Assembly: GCA_016207925.1 (NCBI GenBank)
Contig: JACQZB010000079.1
Coordinates: forward strand, 1-40,896
Direction of reading: 5' to 3'
DNA length: 40,896 nucleotides
From: Nitrospinota bacterium
GTDB lineage: Bacteria; Nitrospinota_A; UBA7883
The notes under the pieces are model-generated. The model did not search any database. It saw only the letters and a program-made list of their open reading frames with translations, and was not told where the DNA came from. The position numbers and the translations under genes are program-made. Below, piece by piece: positions 19,217-29,158 of this stretch (the first letter of the stretch is position 1; each line of letters opens with the position of its first letter).

Positions 19217-20623
19217 ATGACCAGACCCGTGGAGACCCTCCGGCCCGCCGTGGCCGACGCCGGGCGCGTGCCCCCGCATAACGTGGAGGTGGAGCGCGCC
19301 GTGCTGGGCGCCATACTGCTGGACAACGAAGCGCTGCCCAAGGCCATGGAAGTCCTCGTGGGGGCCGACGATTTCTACAAGCCCGCCCACCGGATCATCT
19401 ACGAGGCCATGCTGGAGCTGTTCGAAAAGAACGAGCCGGTGGACCTGCTTACGCTCACCGAGGCGCTGCGCGCGCGCAAGACGCTCAACGAGGTGGGCGG
19501 AACGGACTATCTGGCGGAAATGATGGACCTGGTACCCACGGCGGCCAACGTGCGCGTCCACGGCAAGATCGTGCGGGAAAAGTCGGTGCTGCGCAAGCTC
19601 ATCAGCGTCTCCGGCGAGGCGGTGGCCATCGCCTACGAGCAGGCCGAGGACGTGGACACGGTGGTGGACAATATCGAGCGCATGGTGCTGGACATCAGCC
19701 AGCAACGCTCCCGCGGCACGTTCGTGCAGGTCAAGAACGTGCTTAAGAACACCATGAAAACGGTGGAACAACTGTACGACAACAAGCAGTTGATCACCGG
19801 CGTGGCCACCGGTTACCGCGACCTGGACGAAAAAACGGCGGGGCTGCAAAAATCGGATTTGATCATCGTCGCCGGGCGCCCCTCCATGGGCAAGACGGCG
19901 TTCGCCTTCAACGTCATCCAGAACTTCACCAAGCTGGAGGAGGAGGCGATCACGGCGGTGTTCAGCCTGGAAATGAGCGCCGAACAACTGGTGATGCGCA
20001 TGTTGTGCTCCGAGGCCAAGGTTTCCGCCTCCAAGCTGCGCACGGGGCACCTGGCCCACAGCGACTGGCCCAAGCTGACCATGGCCGCCGGCTCGTTGCA
20101 CAAGCGCAATATCTACATTGACGACAGCCCCGCCATGACCGTGCTGGACATCCGCGGCAAGGCGCGCCGCCTGCAGGCCGAACGCGGCAGGCTGGACCTG
20201 GTGGTCATTGACTACCTGCAACTGATAGACTCGCGCGGCAAGGTGGAGTCGCGCGTGCAGGAGGTTTCCGCCATTACCCGCTCGCTCAAGCAACTCGCAA
20301 AGGAACTACACGTGCCGGTGGTGGCGATCTCCCAGTTGTCCCGCCGGGTGGAGGAGCGCACCGGGGCGCATAAGCGTCCGCAGTTGTCCGACTTGCGCGA
20401 GTCCGGCTCCATCGAGCAGGACGCCGACGTGGTGCTGTTCGTGTACCGCGAGGAGTTCTACAACCCCGACAACGTGGATACCCAGGGTTTGGCGGAGATC
20501 ATCATCGGCAAGCAGCGCAACGGCCCTCTGGGCACGGTGCGCCTCACCTTCCTCAAGGACTTCACCCGGTTCGAGGATCACGCTACCCCAGGTGGCTACA
20601 GCGAAGGCGCGGGGGAGTATTGA
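19217..20623 (+). CDS. dnaB: Replicative DNA helicase
   Basis: PPHNVEVERAVLG, Walker A GRPSMGKT, FSLEM, IDYLQL, SQLSR, DLRESGSIEQDAD, KQRNGP; no intein. Confidence 0.98.
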   Translation: MTRPVETLRPAVADAGRVPPHNVEVERAVLGAILLDNEALPKAMEVLVGADDFYKPAHRIIYEAMLELFEKNEPVDLLTLTEALRARKTLNEVGGTDYLAEMMDLVPTAANVRVHGKIVREKSVLRKLISVSGEAVAIAYEQAEDVDTVVDNIERMVLDISQQRSRGTFVQVKNVLKNTMKTVEQLYDNKQLITGVATGYRDLDEKTAGLQKSDLIIVAGRPSMGKTAFAFNVIQNFTKLEEEAITAVFSLEMSAEQLVMRMLCSEAKVSASKLRTGHLAHSDWPKLTMAAGSLHKRNIYIDDSPAMTVLDIRGKARRLQAERGRLDLVVIDYLQLIDSRGKVESRVQEVSAITRSLKQLAKELHVPVVAISQLSRRVEERTGAHKRPQLSDLRESGSIEQDADVVLFVYREEFYNPDNVDTQGLAEIIIGKQRNGPLGTVRLTFLKDFTRFEDHATPGGYSEGAGEY

Positions 20624-20636
20624 TAGTGTTTGAATT

Positions 20637-21175
20637 TTGGAAGCATTTGCGAAAGTTCTTTCACCCATATTGGTGGTAGTTATTGCTGGAATCGCACGAA
20701 AGTATTTTGAAGAAAGACCAAAGTTAATTTCCTATTTAGTTCATGCCGCTACAGTCCCCTTAAAAAGTGATTCGGGTGGCTTCAATGTGAACAATCACAG
20801 TATTGTGGTTCGCAACGTGGGCAAGAAAGCAGCGCATAATCTTAGAATAGGGCATTTTTTCTCCCAGATTTCAATGTTTATCCCCCGGTTAACTACAAGA
20901 TTGAAATGAATCCACAAGGCTCCAGCGAGATTGTATTCACTGTGCTGGTTCCTAACGAGCAGGTAACAATTTCCTATTTGTATTACCCGCCGTTGCTTTT
21001 TACTGGTGTCAACGCATATACAAAGTCCGACGAAGGGATGGCGAAAATCGTCAACGCGATTCCAACACCTCAACCGCCATGGCCCACGATTTGGGTTGCG
21101 GGGACACTCATGTCCGTTGGCGCGTCAACAGTGTTATACTGAGCGATGTTGTTGCTCGTCCGTTTGGTAAAGTGA
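20637..21175 (+). pseudogene. Low-GC membrane protein gene with a frameshift and a premature stop
   Basis: ORFs 20637-20909 and 20906-21142 join if one T is added to the T6 run at 20855-20860 (GHFFLPDFNVYPP). TGA at 21140 interrupts the last hydrophobic segment, which continues to 21175. Confidence 0.65.
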
Positions 21176-21273
21176 AGCGCGTAACCTACACATTCTTACC
21201 TTTGGCAAGTTCGTTTCATGGCGTGCTATCATGGAGAGAACGAGGAATCGTGGATAATTGAACGGATCCGGAC

Positions 21274-21474
21274 ATGGCCAAAGTTGATGAAATCAAGGTG
21301 GCTATCGAGTCCTTGCGGGAAACCGAGTATGCCCAATTACGCCAATGGTTCACCGAACGGGATTGGCGCGCGTGGGACGCGCGGGTAGAGGCCGATTCAA
21401 ATTCCGGTAAGCTCGATTTTCTGCGGAAAGAGGCTGTGGCGGAAAAACGGGCCGGCAAGCTCACGGACATATAA
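21274..21474 (+). CDS. Putative antitoxin
   Basis: 66 aa with VDEIKVAIESL..LRQWF..DW..WD..EAD..GKLD pattern; directly precedes a RelE/ParE-like toxin gene. Confidence 0.7.
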   Translation: MAKVDEIKVAIESLRETEYAQLRQWFTERDWRAWDARVEADSNSGKLDFLRKEAVAEKRAGKLTDI

Positions 21475-21700
21475 ATGCACCGGGCGACGAGCCGTTTCTG
21501 GCGTTGCCTTGAAAAACTTCCCAATCCAGTCCGGCAAACCGCCACGCGCCTTTGAGACGCTTAAGGATAACCCGTATCACCTTTCCTTGAATTTCAAGAA
21601 AACGGGCAAGTTCTGGTCCGCCCGCGCCGGACTTCACTACCGCGCGTTGGCCGTTGAGGATGGGGCCGATTTTGTCTGGGTATGGATAGGAACCCACGAT
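21475..21700 (+). pseudogene. RelE/ParE-like toxin, frameshifted and 3'-truncated
   Basis: MHRATSRFWRCLEKLP.. stops at 21553; ..FETLKDNPYHLSLNFKK..WSAR.GLHYRALA..WVWIGTHD is in another frame (consistent with a 2-nt loss in CGCG near 21545). The sequence then runs straight into the TetR gene. Confidence 0.75.
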
Positions 21701-22237
21701 GGCGACCTTCGCCATCAACAGGGCGCCTTCCAGCAGGGCGAAGATCGCGCGCGCCTTGCGCGCGGTGTCGCCGGGGGGGATTTCGCCCAGTTGTTGCGCC
21801 CGGTCAAGGGCGGTTTTAAGATAGGCGCAATGCCCGTCGAAAATAGCGTTGAGCGCGGCGCGTAACCGCTCGTCCTGGTGGGCCATTTCCTGCCCCAGGT
21901 TCCCGAAGGGGCAGCCTAAAAACGCGCCGGAGCGTTTTAGCTGGCCGCGTTGTACGGCGGCGATTGTATCTATTATGCGCTGAATCGCCGCAAGCCCTTT
22001 TCCGGCGTCCTGGAGCGCGGGCTCGAATACGCCGGCCTTGGCGTGTTCCCACGAGACGCGGACGGCTTCCAGCGCCAGATCGGTTTTTGAAGGGAAGAAG
22101 TAATAGAAACTTCCCTTTTTAAGGCGAGCGCGGTCGCATAGATCCTCGACGCTGGCGGCTTGGTAGCTGCGCTCCCACAGTAATTCGATGGCGGCGCGCA
22201 CCAGGTTATCCCGCGAGCGGTTTTCGTCCTTGGCCAT
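21701..22237 (-). CDS. TetR/AcrR family regulator (NemR/LmrA-like), 3' end missing
   Basis: HTH KGSFYYFFPSKTDL, GCPFGNL, LLEGALLMAK; reading continues into toxin antisense after 21701. Confidence 0.85.
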
Positions 22238-22307
22238 GACGGTTCCTTTCAGGGGACGCTGCGTTGGGCGCGGCGTCCCGGATAAAGTTCATTTTCATTA
22301 TAAGGCA

Positions 22308-22356
22308 AGTTGACTGACCGGTAAAGGATGTGATAGTCTTTACCGAGCGGTCAACT
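22308..22356. promoter_or_regulatory. Pair of inverted putative TetR operators in the divergent promoter region
   Basis: AGTTGACTGACCGGTAAAG (22308-22326) and CTTTACCGAGCGGTCAACT (22338-22356) match 16/19 as an inverted repeat; each is itself a partial palindrome and overlaps a TTGAC box. Confidence 0.6.
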
Positions 22357-22448
22357 ACTTGCCGGGCCTCCCCCGTGGGGGGCGGCCAGGGCGGCGCCGT
22401 GGATGGCCGCGCATGGTGACACAACGTATTTGATAAGGGAAAAACATC

Positions 22449-22994
22449 ATGGGACTCTTCAAGCAGCACTCCGACTCCACCGCTCCTCAAGGTTCCGCCG
22501 AAGTCCTCGCTAAGGTCAAGGATCGCTACGGGTTCATCCCCAATCTCGCCGCGTTCGTCGCGGAGTCGCCGTTGGCGCTGGATGCCATCATGAATCTCTC
22601 CGGGTTTTTTGACCGATCCTCCCTCACGCCGCAAGAACAGCAAATCGTCCTGCTGACCGTCGCCACGCTCAACGGATGCGATTACTGCAAAACGGCCCAC
22701 ACGGGGCTTGGCCGCATGGCGGGGCTGGAGGCGGGGACGCTCAAGGCGGTCGCCGGGTTCGAGCCGCTGGCCGACGCGAAACTTTCCGCCCTACGCGATT
22801 TCACCCGCGCGCTGGTGGAGGATCGGGGGTGGGTGGGCGATGAAAAGGTGAGCAAATTTCTGAACGCGGGCTATACCAAGGCGCAGGTGTTCGAGGTGGT
22901 CATGGGAGTGGCCCTCAAGACCTTCACCAATTATTGCAACCATTTGGCCGGGGCCAGGCCGAATCCGGAGTTTGTCGCCATGGCCAACAGTTAA
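22449..22994 (+). CDS. AhpD/carboxymuconolactone decarboxylase family protein
   Basis: YGFIPNL, NGCDYCKTAH (CxxC-H), FLNAGYT..KTFTNY. Confidence 0.88.
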   Translation: MGLFKQHSDSTAPQGSAEVLAKVKDRYGFIPNLAAFVAESPLALDAIMNLSGFFDRSSLTPQEQQIVLLTVATLNGCDYCKTAHTGLGRMAGLEAGTLKAVAGFEPLADAKLSALRDFTRALVEDRGWVGDEKVSKFLNAGYTKAQVFEVVMGVALKTFTNYCNHLAGARPNPEFVAMANS

Positions 22995-23016
22995 GAATCC
23001 CGGCTGGAGCTGACCC

Positions 23017-23724
23017 ATGAAAAACAATGGCGCGTCGTTTAAGGGATTCCCGCCCGTGGCGTTTACGTTTTTGGCGGGGCTTGCCCGCCACAATGAAAAG
23101 CCCTGGTTCGAGGCGCAAAGGGAAGTGTATGAGCAGTCCATCGCCGCGCCCGCGCTGCTGTTCGCCGCGGAGTTGGCGGTGGCGTTGCGGCGGGTGGCGC
23201 CAGGGGTGGCGGCGGAGCCGCGGGTCGGCGGATCGGTGTTCCGCATCCACCGGGATACCCGGTTTTCACGGGATAAGTCCCCCTATAAGACGCATGTGGG
23301 CATCCGCCTGCGCGATCCCGCGTCCGCCGGGTCATCGGGGTGCGCGGGGCCGGTGTTTTACGTTGAGTTCGACGCCAAGCGGCTGCGGTTGGGCGTGGGC
23401 GTCAAGGACTTCGAGGCGGGCGCGTTGGCGGCTTTTCGTGAGGCCGTGGCGGTGGGCCGGGCGGATGACATCGAAGCTATGATGAAAAAGGCCGCGTCAT
23501 TGGGGCACGAGATCATTGGCGAAACGTTGGCCAAACCGCCGCGCGGATATTCCGCGGATCGGATTTCTCCCTTGCTTCTGCGAAAGGGGCTGTTCGCGCG
23601 CGAGGAAAAACCGCTGCCGGAACAAATCCATAAGCCGGAGTTCGTGAGGTATTGCGCGCGGTGGTTCACGCCCTACGCGCCGTTGTTCAATGCGCTACGC
23701 CGCATAACCACAAGGGCGCCCTGA
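23017..23724 (+). CDS. DUF2461 family protein
   Basis: FL..LA.HNEKPWFEA and FRIHRDTRFSRDKSPYKT. Confidence 0.85.
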   Translation: MKNNGASFKGFPPVAFTFLAGLARHNEKPWFEAQREVYEQSIAAPALLFAAELAVALRRVAPGVAAEPRVGGSVFRIHRDTRFSRDKSPYKTHVGIRLRDPASAGSSGCAGPVFYVEFDAKRLRLGVGVKDFEAGALAAFREAVAVGRADDIEAMMKKAASLGHEIIGETLAKPPRGYSADRISPLLLRKGLFAREEKPLPEQIHKPEFVRYCARWFTPYAPLFNALRRITTRAP

Positions 23725-23799
23725 CCTGCGCGCCGCCACGGCGGCGGGGGGGGGTGATATGGCGTTGTCCACGCGGGCGGGCAGGGGTATGATGAACTC

Positions 23800-25218
23800 A
23801 TGCGATCCGCTATCTATTACACGCTCGTTGTCCTGATCCTGTCGGTCTATGGGGGGCAGGTGTGCCCGTTCATCGCCTCCCTGCATTTCGCCGGGTGGCT
23901 GGCGACGCTGGCGCTGGTGTTCGGGGCCGCGTTCGCCGCGAGAGGCGCGGTGATACGCGTCGCCATGGCGGGGTTGGCGCCCTTCCAGTGGACCGCGCGG
24001 CAATTCACGGCGGACATGGCGCTGTTCATGGCCGCGGGGCTGGCGATCAGCCTGATTGACGCGCTGGTTCATGACTTTCCTTTCGCCTCCGCGTTTAAGG
24101 TGATGATGGGATGCGTGACGCTGGGGTTTTTCGCCTCGGTGGATCTGGCGCTGGAGCGCGAACGCGAGGTGTTCCGCCATTACGCCGCGTCGGGCGAGGA
24201 GCCGCCTGCGCGGGAGCGTGTATTCCCATTGACCACCAAGCTGGCGCTGTTCGCCACGTTCACCGTGATCTCCGTTTCAGGCGTATTCGCGCTGGTGCTC
24301 ACCAGGGACTTCGACCTTCTGTCGGAACTAGGCGCGGAAGGTGCGGGGGTGTACATGCGCGAGGTGCTGGTGGAGCTTATGTTCATCGGCGCGGTGGCGC
24401 TGGCCGCCGTGGTGAACCTGATCCTTTCATTCTCCGCCAACTTAAAGCTGGTCATCGCCAGCGAGAACGGAACGCTTTGGGCCGTGACCAACGGCGATCT
24501 GGCGGTCCGGGCCGTGTCCGCCACCAACGACGAGTTCGGGCAGATGGCCCGCTATACCAACACGATGCTCCGCCAGTTGGCCGCCCGCGCCGAGGAGGTG
24601 GAGAAGACCCAGGACGTGACCATCATGACGCTGGCGTCGCTGGCGGAAACGCGCGACAACGAAACCGGCGCCCATATCCTGCGGACGCAGCGGTATGTCC
24701 GCGCCCTGGCGGAGCATTTGAAGACGCATCCGGAGTTTTCCGGTTTTCTGAACGGCCGGACGGTTGACCTGCTGTATAAATCCGCGCCGCTGCACGACAT
24801 CGGCAAGGTGGGGGTGCCGGACCGCATCCTGCTCAAGCCGGGCAAATTGACGCCGGAAGAATTCGAGGAGATGAAGAAGCATCCGGTGTATGGCTACCAG
24901 TCGCTCCGGCTGGCGGCGGGCATCCTTGGCGGCAGTTCGTTTTTGACCTACGCGGAGGAGATCGCCTATACCCATCACGAAAAATGGGACGGCTCCGGCT
25001 ACCCGCGCGGCTTGGCGGGCGCGGCGATACCATTGTCCGGCAGGCTTATGGCGCTGGCGGACGTCTATGACGCGCTGATCAGCAAGCGGGTGTACAAGGA
25101 CGCCTTCAGCCACGAAAAGGCGCGGGCGATCATCCTGGAGGGACGCGGCGCGCATTTCGACCCGGCCGTGGTGGACGCTTTTATCGCCATCGAGGAGGAG
25201 TTCGTCCGTATCGCCGCC
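23800..25218 (+). CDS. Membrane HAMP + HD-GYP domain protein (cyclic-dinucleotide phosphodiesterase); native stop missing
   Basis: Multiple TM helices, HAMP (NDEFGQMA), RDNETGAH, LHDIGK, HHEKWDGSGYP, ADVYDAL, HFDP; then reads out of frame into alr. Confidence 0.88.
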
Positions 25219-26191
25219 GGACACGGCGCGCCGGACACAGGTGGCGGCGCTGGCGGTGGGGGTGGTGGAGGAGGCGGCGGAGTTGCGCGCGGCGGGGATC
25301 AAGGGGCGGATCATCGTCCTCGACGGCGTGTTCCCGGAACAGGCGGCGAGCGCCGCATCGCTTACGGTGGAAGCGGTGGCCAGCTCGCTGGAGGAGGTCA
25401 AACGGCTTGCCGCCCGCGCGGGCAAGGGGCGCGCCGCCGTCCATCTGAAAGTGAACACCGGCATGACGCGGCTGGGCGCCGCGCCGGACGAAGCCGTGGA
25501 ATTGTACGAGAGAACCGCGCGGCTCAAACGGGCACGAATCGCCGGAGTGATGACCCATTTCGCCGATTCCGGCAGCGCGGAAGGGCATTTCACCAACCGT
25601 CAGCTTGACCGGTTCGATGATATTCTCGGCGCCCTGCGCGCCCGCGGCCATAACCTGCCGCCCGTCCATGCCGCCAACACCGCCGCCCTGTTCCTGTCGC
25701 CCCGCGCCCGGTACGATCTGGTCCGGCCCGGCATCGGGCTGTTCGGGGTACAGGAGTTCGACGGGCGGGATGCGGGGTTGAAGCCGATCCTGTCGTGGAA
25801 GGCGCGCATCATCCTGACGCGGAAGGTCGGCAAGGGCGAAAGCGTCTCCTACGGGATGCGGTGGAAAAGCCCCGGCGCTCGCGAGGTGGCGGTGGTGATG
25901 GCGGGCTACGCCGACGGATATTCGCGCCAACTTTCCGGCAAGGCGCGCGCTATAATGGGGGGCAAACTCATCCGCCAGATCGGAACCATCTGCATGGACA
26001 ACTGCATGTTCGACGTCACGGGATGCGCCGCGCGCGCGGGGGATGTGGTGACGCTGATCGGCGAAGAAGGGCGCGCCCGCGTCACGGCGGTGGAGCTTGC
26101 CCGGGAATGCGGAACGATAGCCTACGAAGTGTTGTGCGGAATCGGGCGGAGGGTGGAACGGGTGTATGTGAGGGGTGAGCAGTTAAGTTAA
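25219..26191 (+). CDS. alr: Alanine racemase, N-terminus (including the catalytic Lys motif) absent
   Basis: VHLKVNTGMTRLG, MTHFA, AANTA, VRPGIGLFG, VSYG, GYADG, ICMD, TIAYEVLC; no VKA.AY motif and no proper start. Confidence 0.9.
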
Positions 26192-26223
26192 GCAATGGGG
26201 CTTTAGATTACGGACGCGTTGGC

Positions 26224-27165
26224 ATGAAACGACGAACAGCATCGGGGGGAAGCGGCAAAAGGAATCTGTCGCCGATTTTTTTGGACGGGGCCAATGCCGG
26301 ACTTGCCCAAAATTCTTCGCGCCGCCAAAGAAAATTAATAGCTTTCGGTTGGTATGGCGGGAAGTATAGCCACCTGGAATGGCTCCTGCCGCTTCTGCCT
26401 GAATGCCACCACTATTGTGAGCCTTTTGCAGGCTCCGCCGCCGTGCTTCTTAACCGGCACCCTTCACTGGTTGAGACCTACAATGACATTGATGGCGAGG
26501 TCGTAAACTTTTTCCGAGTGTTAAGAGATAACCCGCAGGAAATTATCAGGGCAATATCACTAACCCCGTTTTCGCGCGAGGAATACCATCAAGCGATTCA
26601 CGGTGGAGCGGAAAGCATAAGTGATGTTGAAAGGGCGAGAAGATTTTATGTCAGGGCCAGGCAAACCCGGACAGGCTTGGCGCAAACAGCGTCGTTAGGA
26701 CGATGGGCGAATTGTAAGAATACAAGCCGGGCGGGAATGTCCGGGGTCGTATCAAGATGGTTGGGAGGCATGGAATCGCTTCAAGCCATCGCCGAACGGT
26801 TAATACGAGTGCAGATAGAGAACAGACCGGCGGTTGATGTAATCAAACTTTACGATAGTCCAGGGACTTTGTTTTACTGCGACCCCCCATATATGCACGC
26901 GACCAGAGGGGATAGCAAAGCATACAAGTACGAATTGAGTGAACCCGAACATCAAGCGCTTGCCGAAGTGTTGAACTCTTGCAGCGGGAAAGTGGCGTTG
27001 TCCGGGTACGATTGCCCACTTATGGATAAGTTGTATCCCGCGAAAAAATGGAAAAAACTGATTAGCGCAGAAAAAACAATCCATTCAACCAAAGGTACGC
27101 GCCGCGAAGTTTTGTGGACTAACTACAGCGCTCAAGTTTTCAAACAGAAAAGCCTGTTCGCCTGA
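26224..27165 (+). CDS. DNA adenine methyltransferase (Dam/D12 class)
   Basis: WYGGK, EPFAGSA, YNDID, YCDPPY, EVLWTNY; visibly lower GC than the flanks. Confidence 0.92.
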   Translation: MKRRTASGGSGKRNLSPIFLDGANAGLAQNSSRRQRKLIAFGWYGGKYSHLEWLLPLLPECHHYCEPFAGSAAVLLNRHPSLVETYNDIDGEVVNFFRVLRDNPQEIIRAISLTPFSREEYHQAIHGGAESISDVERARRFYVRARQTRTGLAQTASLGRWANCKNTSRAGMSGVVSRWLGGMESLQAIAERLIRVQIENRPAVDVIKLYDSPGTLFYCDPPYMHATRGDSKAYKYELSEPEHQALAEVLNSCSGKVALSGYDCPLMDKLYPAKKWKKLISAEKTIHSTKGTRREVLWTNYSAQVFKQKSLFA

Positions 27166-28286
27166 TGAAACTAAAAGGTTTCCTTCAACGGATTTACCGC
27201 AAGGCCGAAGGCCACAAATCGAAATCGTTCCTATCCGATAAGACCATTCAATGGCGAGTTGAATACGTTTGCCGATGCTCAAGCAATCGCGCTGGCGTGA
27301 GGTTGCTCATGGCGTGCCTGCTTGGCCATCTGGACAACCCGAAGGTTGATCCGCGAAAACCGTACACCGAAATAGGTGGCAAAGACTGCTTTTCTGGCCG
27401 AACCTGCGACGAGCGCTATTTGACGCGATTCATTGCGGATCATAGGCTGCCCTGCAATCCGACAACAGCGTTTCTAACTCCTGGGTTGCGTAATATTGAC
27501 AGGCCGCTTACCACTAACATCCAAATTATCGGCAGGCCGCGCGAATTGTATGTTGAAACCCTGCGTTTGCTTGATGATGTGTTTCGAAAACGGGTTAATC
27601 CCGATACGTTGTTATCAGAAATAGTGCGAATTCTGATTCTGATGCGTAACGAGAAGTTGGCGCGCATCGAGTCGCTTCTGGATTCATTGGAACGCGGCAA
27701 GGGATCGTTACCGCTTTCTTCCGAAGCGATTGTCGCTCTGATTGAACAACATCTGGCATGCAAGAACTCGAGCAGATTACCGGCGCTCATAGTCGCTGCG
27801 GCATATCAGGTCGCTGGCGAAAAGCTTGGCGAAAGAGTTTTGCCGCTTAACGCGCATAATGCCGCCGACTTGCAGACCGGTTCATTGGGGGACATTGAGG
27901 TATGCTTGGCGGGCGACGATAATGTGGTTACCGCATATGAAATGAAGATGAAAAAAGTCACTCATGATGACATTGATACAGCTATAAACAAGATCACATC
28001 CGCGAAAACGCCCGTCAATAACTACATTTTCATAACCACGGACGGCATTGATACGGAAGTCGCCGAATACGCTACTAGCTTCTACGAAAGGAGCGGCGGT
28101 GTAGAGATAGCTATTCTTGATTGCGTGGGTTTTCTCCGGCATTTTCTCCATCTATTTCATCGTATCCGGACGGATTTTCTTGATACTTACCAAAAGCTGG
28201 TTCTGGCCGAACCTGATTCGGCGATAAGCCAAACCTTGAAAGAGGCGTTTCTTGTGCTGCGCCAGGCGGCGGAAACCGGCGAATAA
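27165..28286 (+). CDS. Type II restriction endonuclease, SacI-like PD-(D/E)xK family
   Basis: Coupled to the MTase (TGATG overlap); SRLP..AAAY, HNAAD..TGSLGDIE..YEMK catalytic-type motif; low GC. Family assignment is from motif memory. Confidence 0.7.
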   Translation: MKLKGFLQRIYRKAEGHKSKSFLSDKTIQWRVEYVCRCSSNRAGVRLLMACLLGHLDNPKVDPRKPYTEIGGKDCFSGRTCDERYLTRFIADHRLPCNPTTAFLTPGLRNIDRPLTTNIQIIGRPRELYVETLRLLDDVFRKRVNPDTLLSEIVRILILMRNEKLARIESLLDSLERGKGSLPLSSEAIVALIEQHLACKNSSRLPALIVAAAYQVAGEKLGERVLPLNAHNAADLQTGSLGDIEVCLAGDDNVVTAYEMKMKKVTHDDIDTAINKITSAKTPVNNYIFITTDGIDTEVAEYATSFYERSGGVEIAILDCVGFLRHFLHLFHRIRTDFLDTYQKLVLAEPDSAISQTLKEAFLVLRQAAETGE

Positions 28287-28366
28287 GATTCTTGAAAATC
28301 ATGAAGGCGCATATAGTAAAGTCGAATGGATCACTGAAACGGTTATTGCCAAATGAGTGATGAGTC

Positions 28367-29155
28367 ATGGGTGGAGTGATCGCACAACTGGGCGCGTGGG
28401 TCATCTGGCTGGCGGAGGCCACCGGCAAGGGGACGCTGTTCGCCTGGGACATCGGGCGCTGGTTGACGCGCCGGCCCTGGCGGCTGCGCGCCGTGTTCGA
28501 GCAGATGCAGGAGATCGGGTACTATTCCGTGCCGGTGGTGGCCATCACGGCCCTGTCCACCGGCGGCGTGTTGGCGCTGCAAAGCTTCATCGGCTTTAAA
28601 CGTTTCGGCGCGGAGAGCATGGTGGGCACCGTGGTGGCCCTGTCCATGACGCGCGAGCTTGGCCCCGTGCTCACCGGCATCATCGTGGCGGGCCGGGCCG
28701 GCTCGGCCATGGCCGCCGAGCTTGGCACCATGAAGGTGACCGAGCAGATTGACGCGCTCTATACGCTTTCCGCCAACCCTATCAAGTACCTTATCGTACC
28801 GCGCTTCATCGCGGCCACGTTGATGCTGCCGATACTCACCATCGTGTCCGACGGGGTGGGCATATTGGGCGGCGCGGGGATCGGCGTGGGCACACTGGGA
28901 GCCAACCCGGTGGTCTATATGAAAAAAACCTTCGAGTTTCTGGAACTCAACGACATATACTCCGGCCTGTTCAAAAGCATGATATTCGGCATGATCATCG
29001 CCGTGGTCTGCTGCTATCAGGGGTTCATGACGGAAGGGGGCGCGGAGGGGGTGGGCAAGGCCACCACGCGCAGCGTGGTCATCTCCTCGATCATGATCCT
29101 GGTCAGCGACTACGTGCTGACCGCCATTCTTTTCGGCGAAGGGCCGGGCGGGTGA
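28367..29155 (+). CDS. mlaE: Mla/Mce ABC transporter permease
   Basis: RELGPVLT, AGRAGSAMAAELGTMKVTEQIDAL, GAEGVGKATT. Confidence 0.95.
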   Translation: MGGVIAQLGAWVIWLAEATGKGTLFAWDIGRWLTRRPWRLRAVFEQMQEIGYYSVPVVAITALSTGGVLALQSFIGFKRFGAESMVGTVVALSMTRELGPVLTGIIVAGRAGSAMAAELGTMKVTEQIDALYTLSANPIKYLIVPRFIAATLMLPILTIVSDGVGILGGAGIGVGTLGANPVVYMKKTFEFLELNDIYSGLFKSMIFGMIIAVVCCYQGFMTEGGAEGVGKATTRSVVISSIMILVSDYVLTAILFGEGPGG

Positions 29156-29158
29156 CCC

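Noticed and set aside
21461-21700. C-terminal 80 aa of the TetR ORF
   Set aside because: It is the antisense strand of the toxin gene.
25219-25608. Gly-rich C-terminal extension of the HD-GYP ORF
   Set aside because: Out-of-frame reading of alr after the junction, not a real domain.
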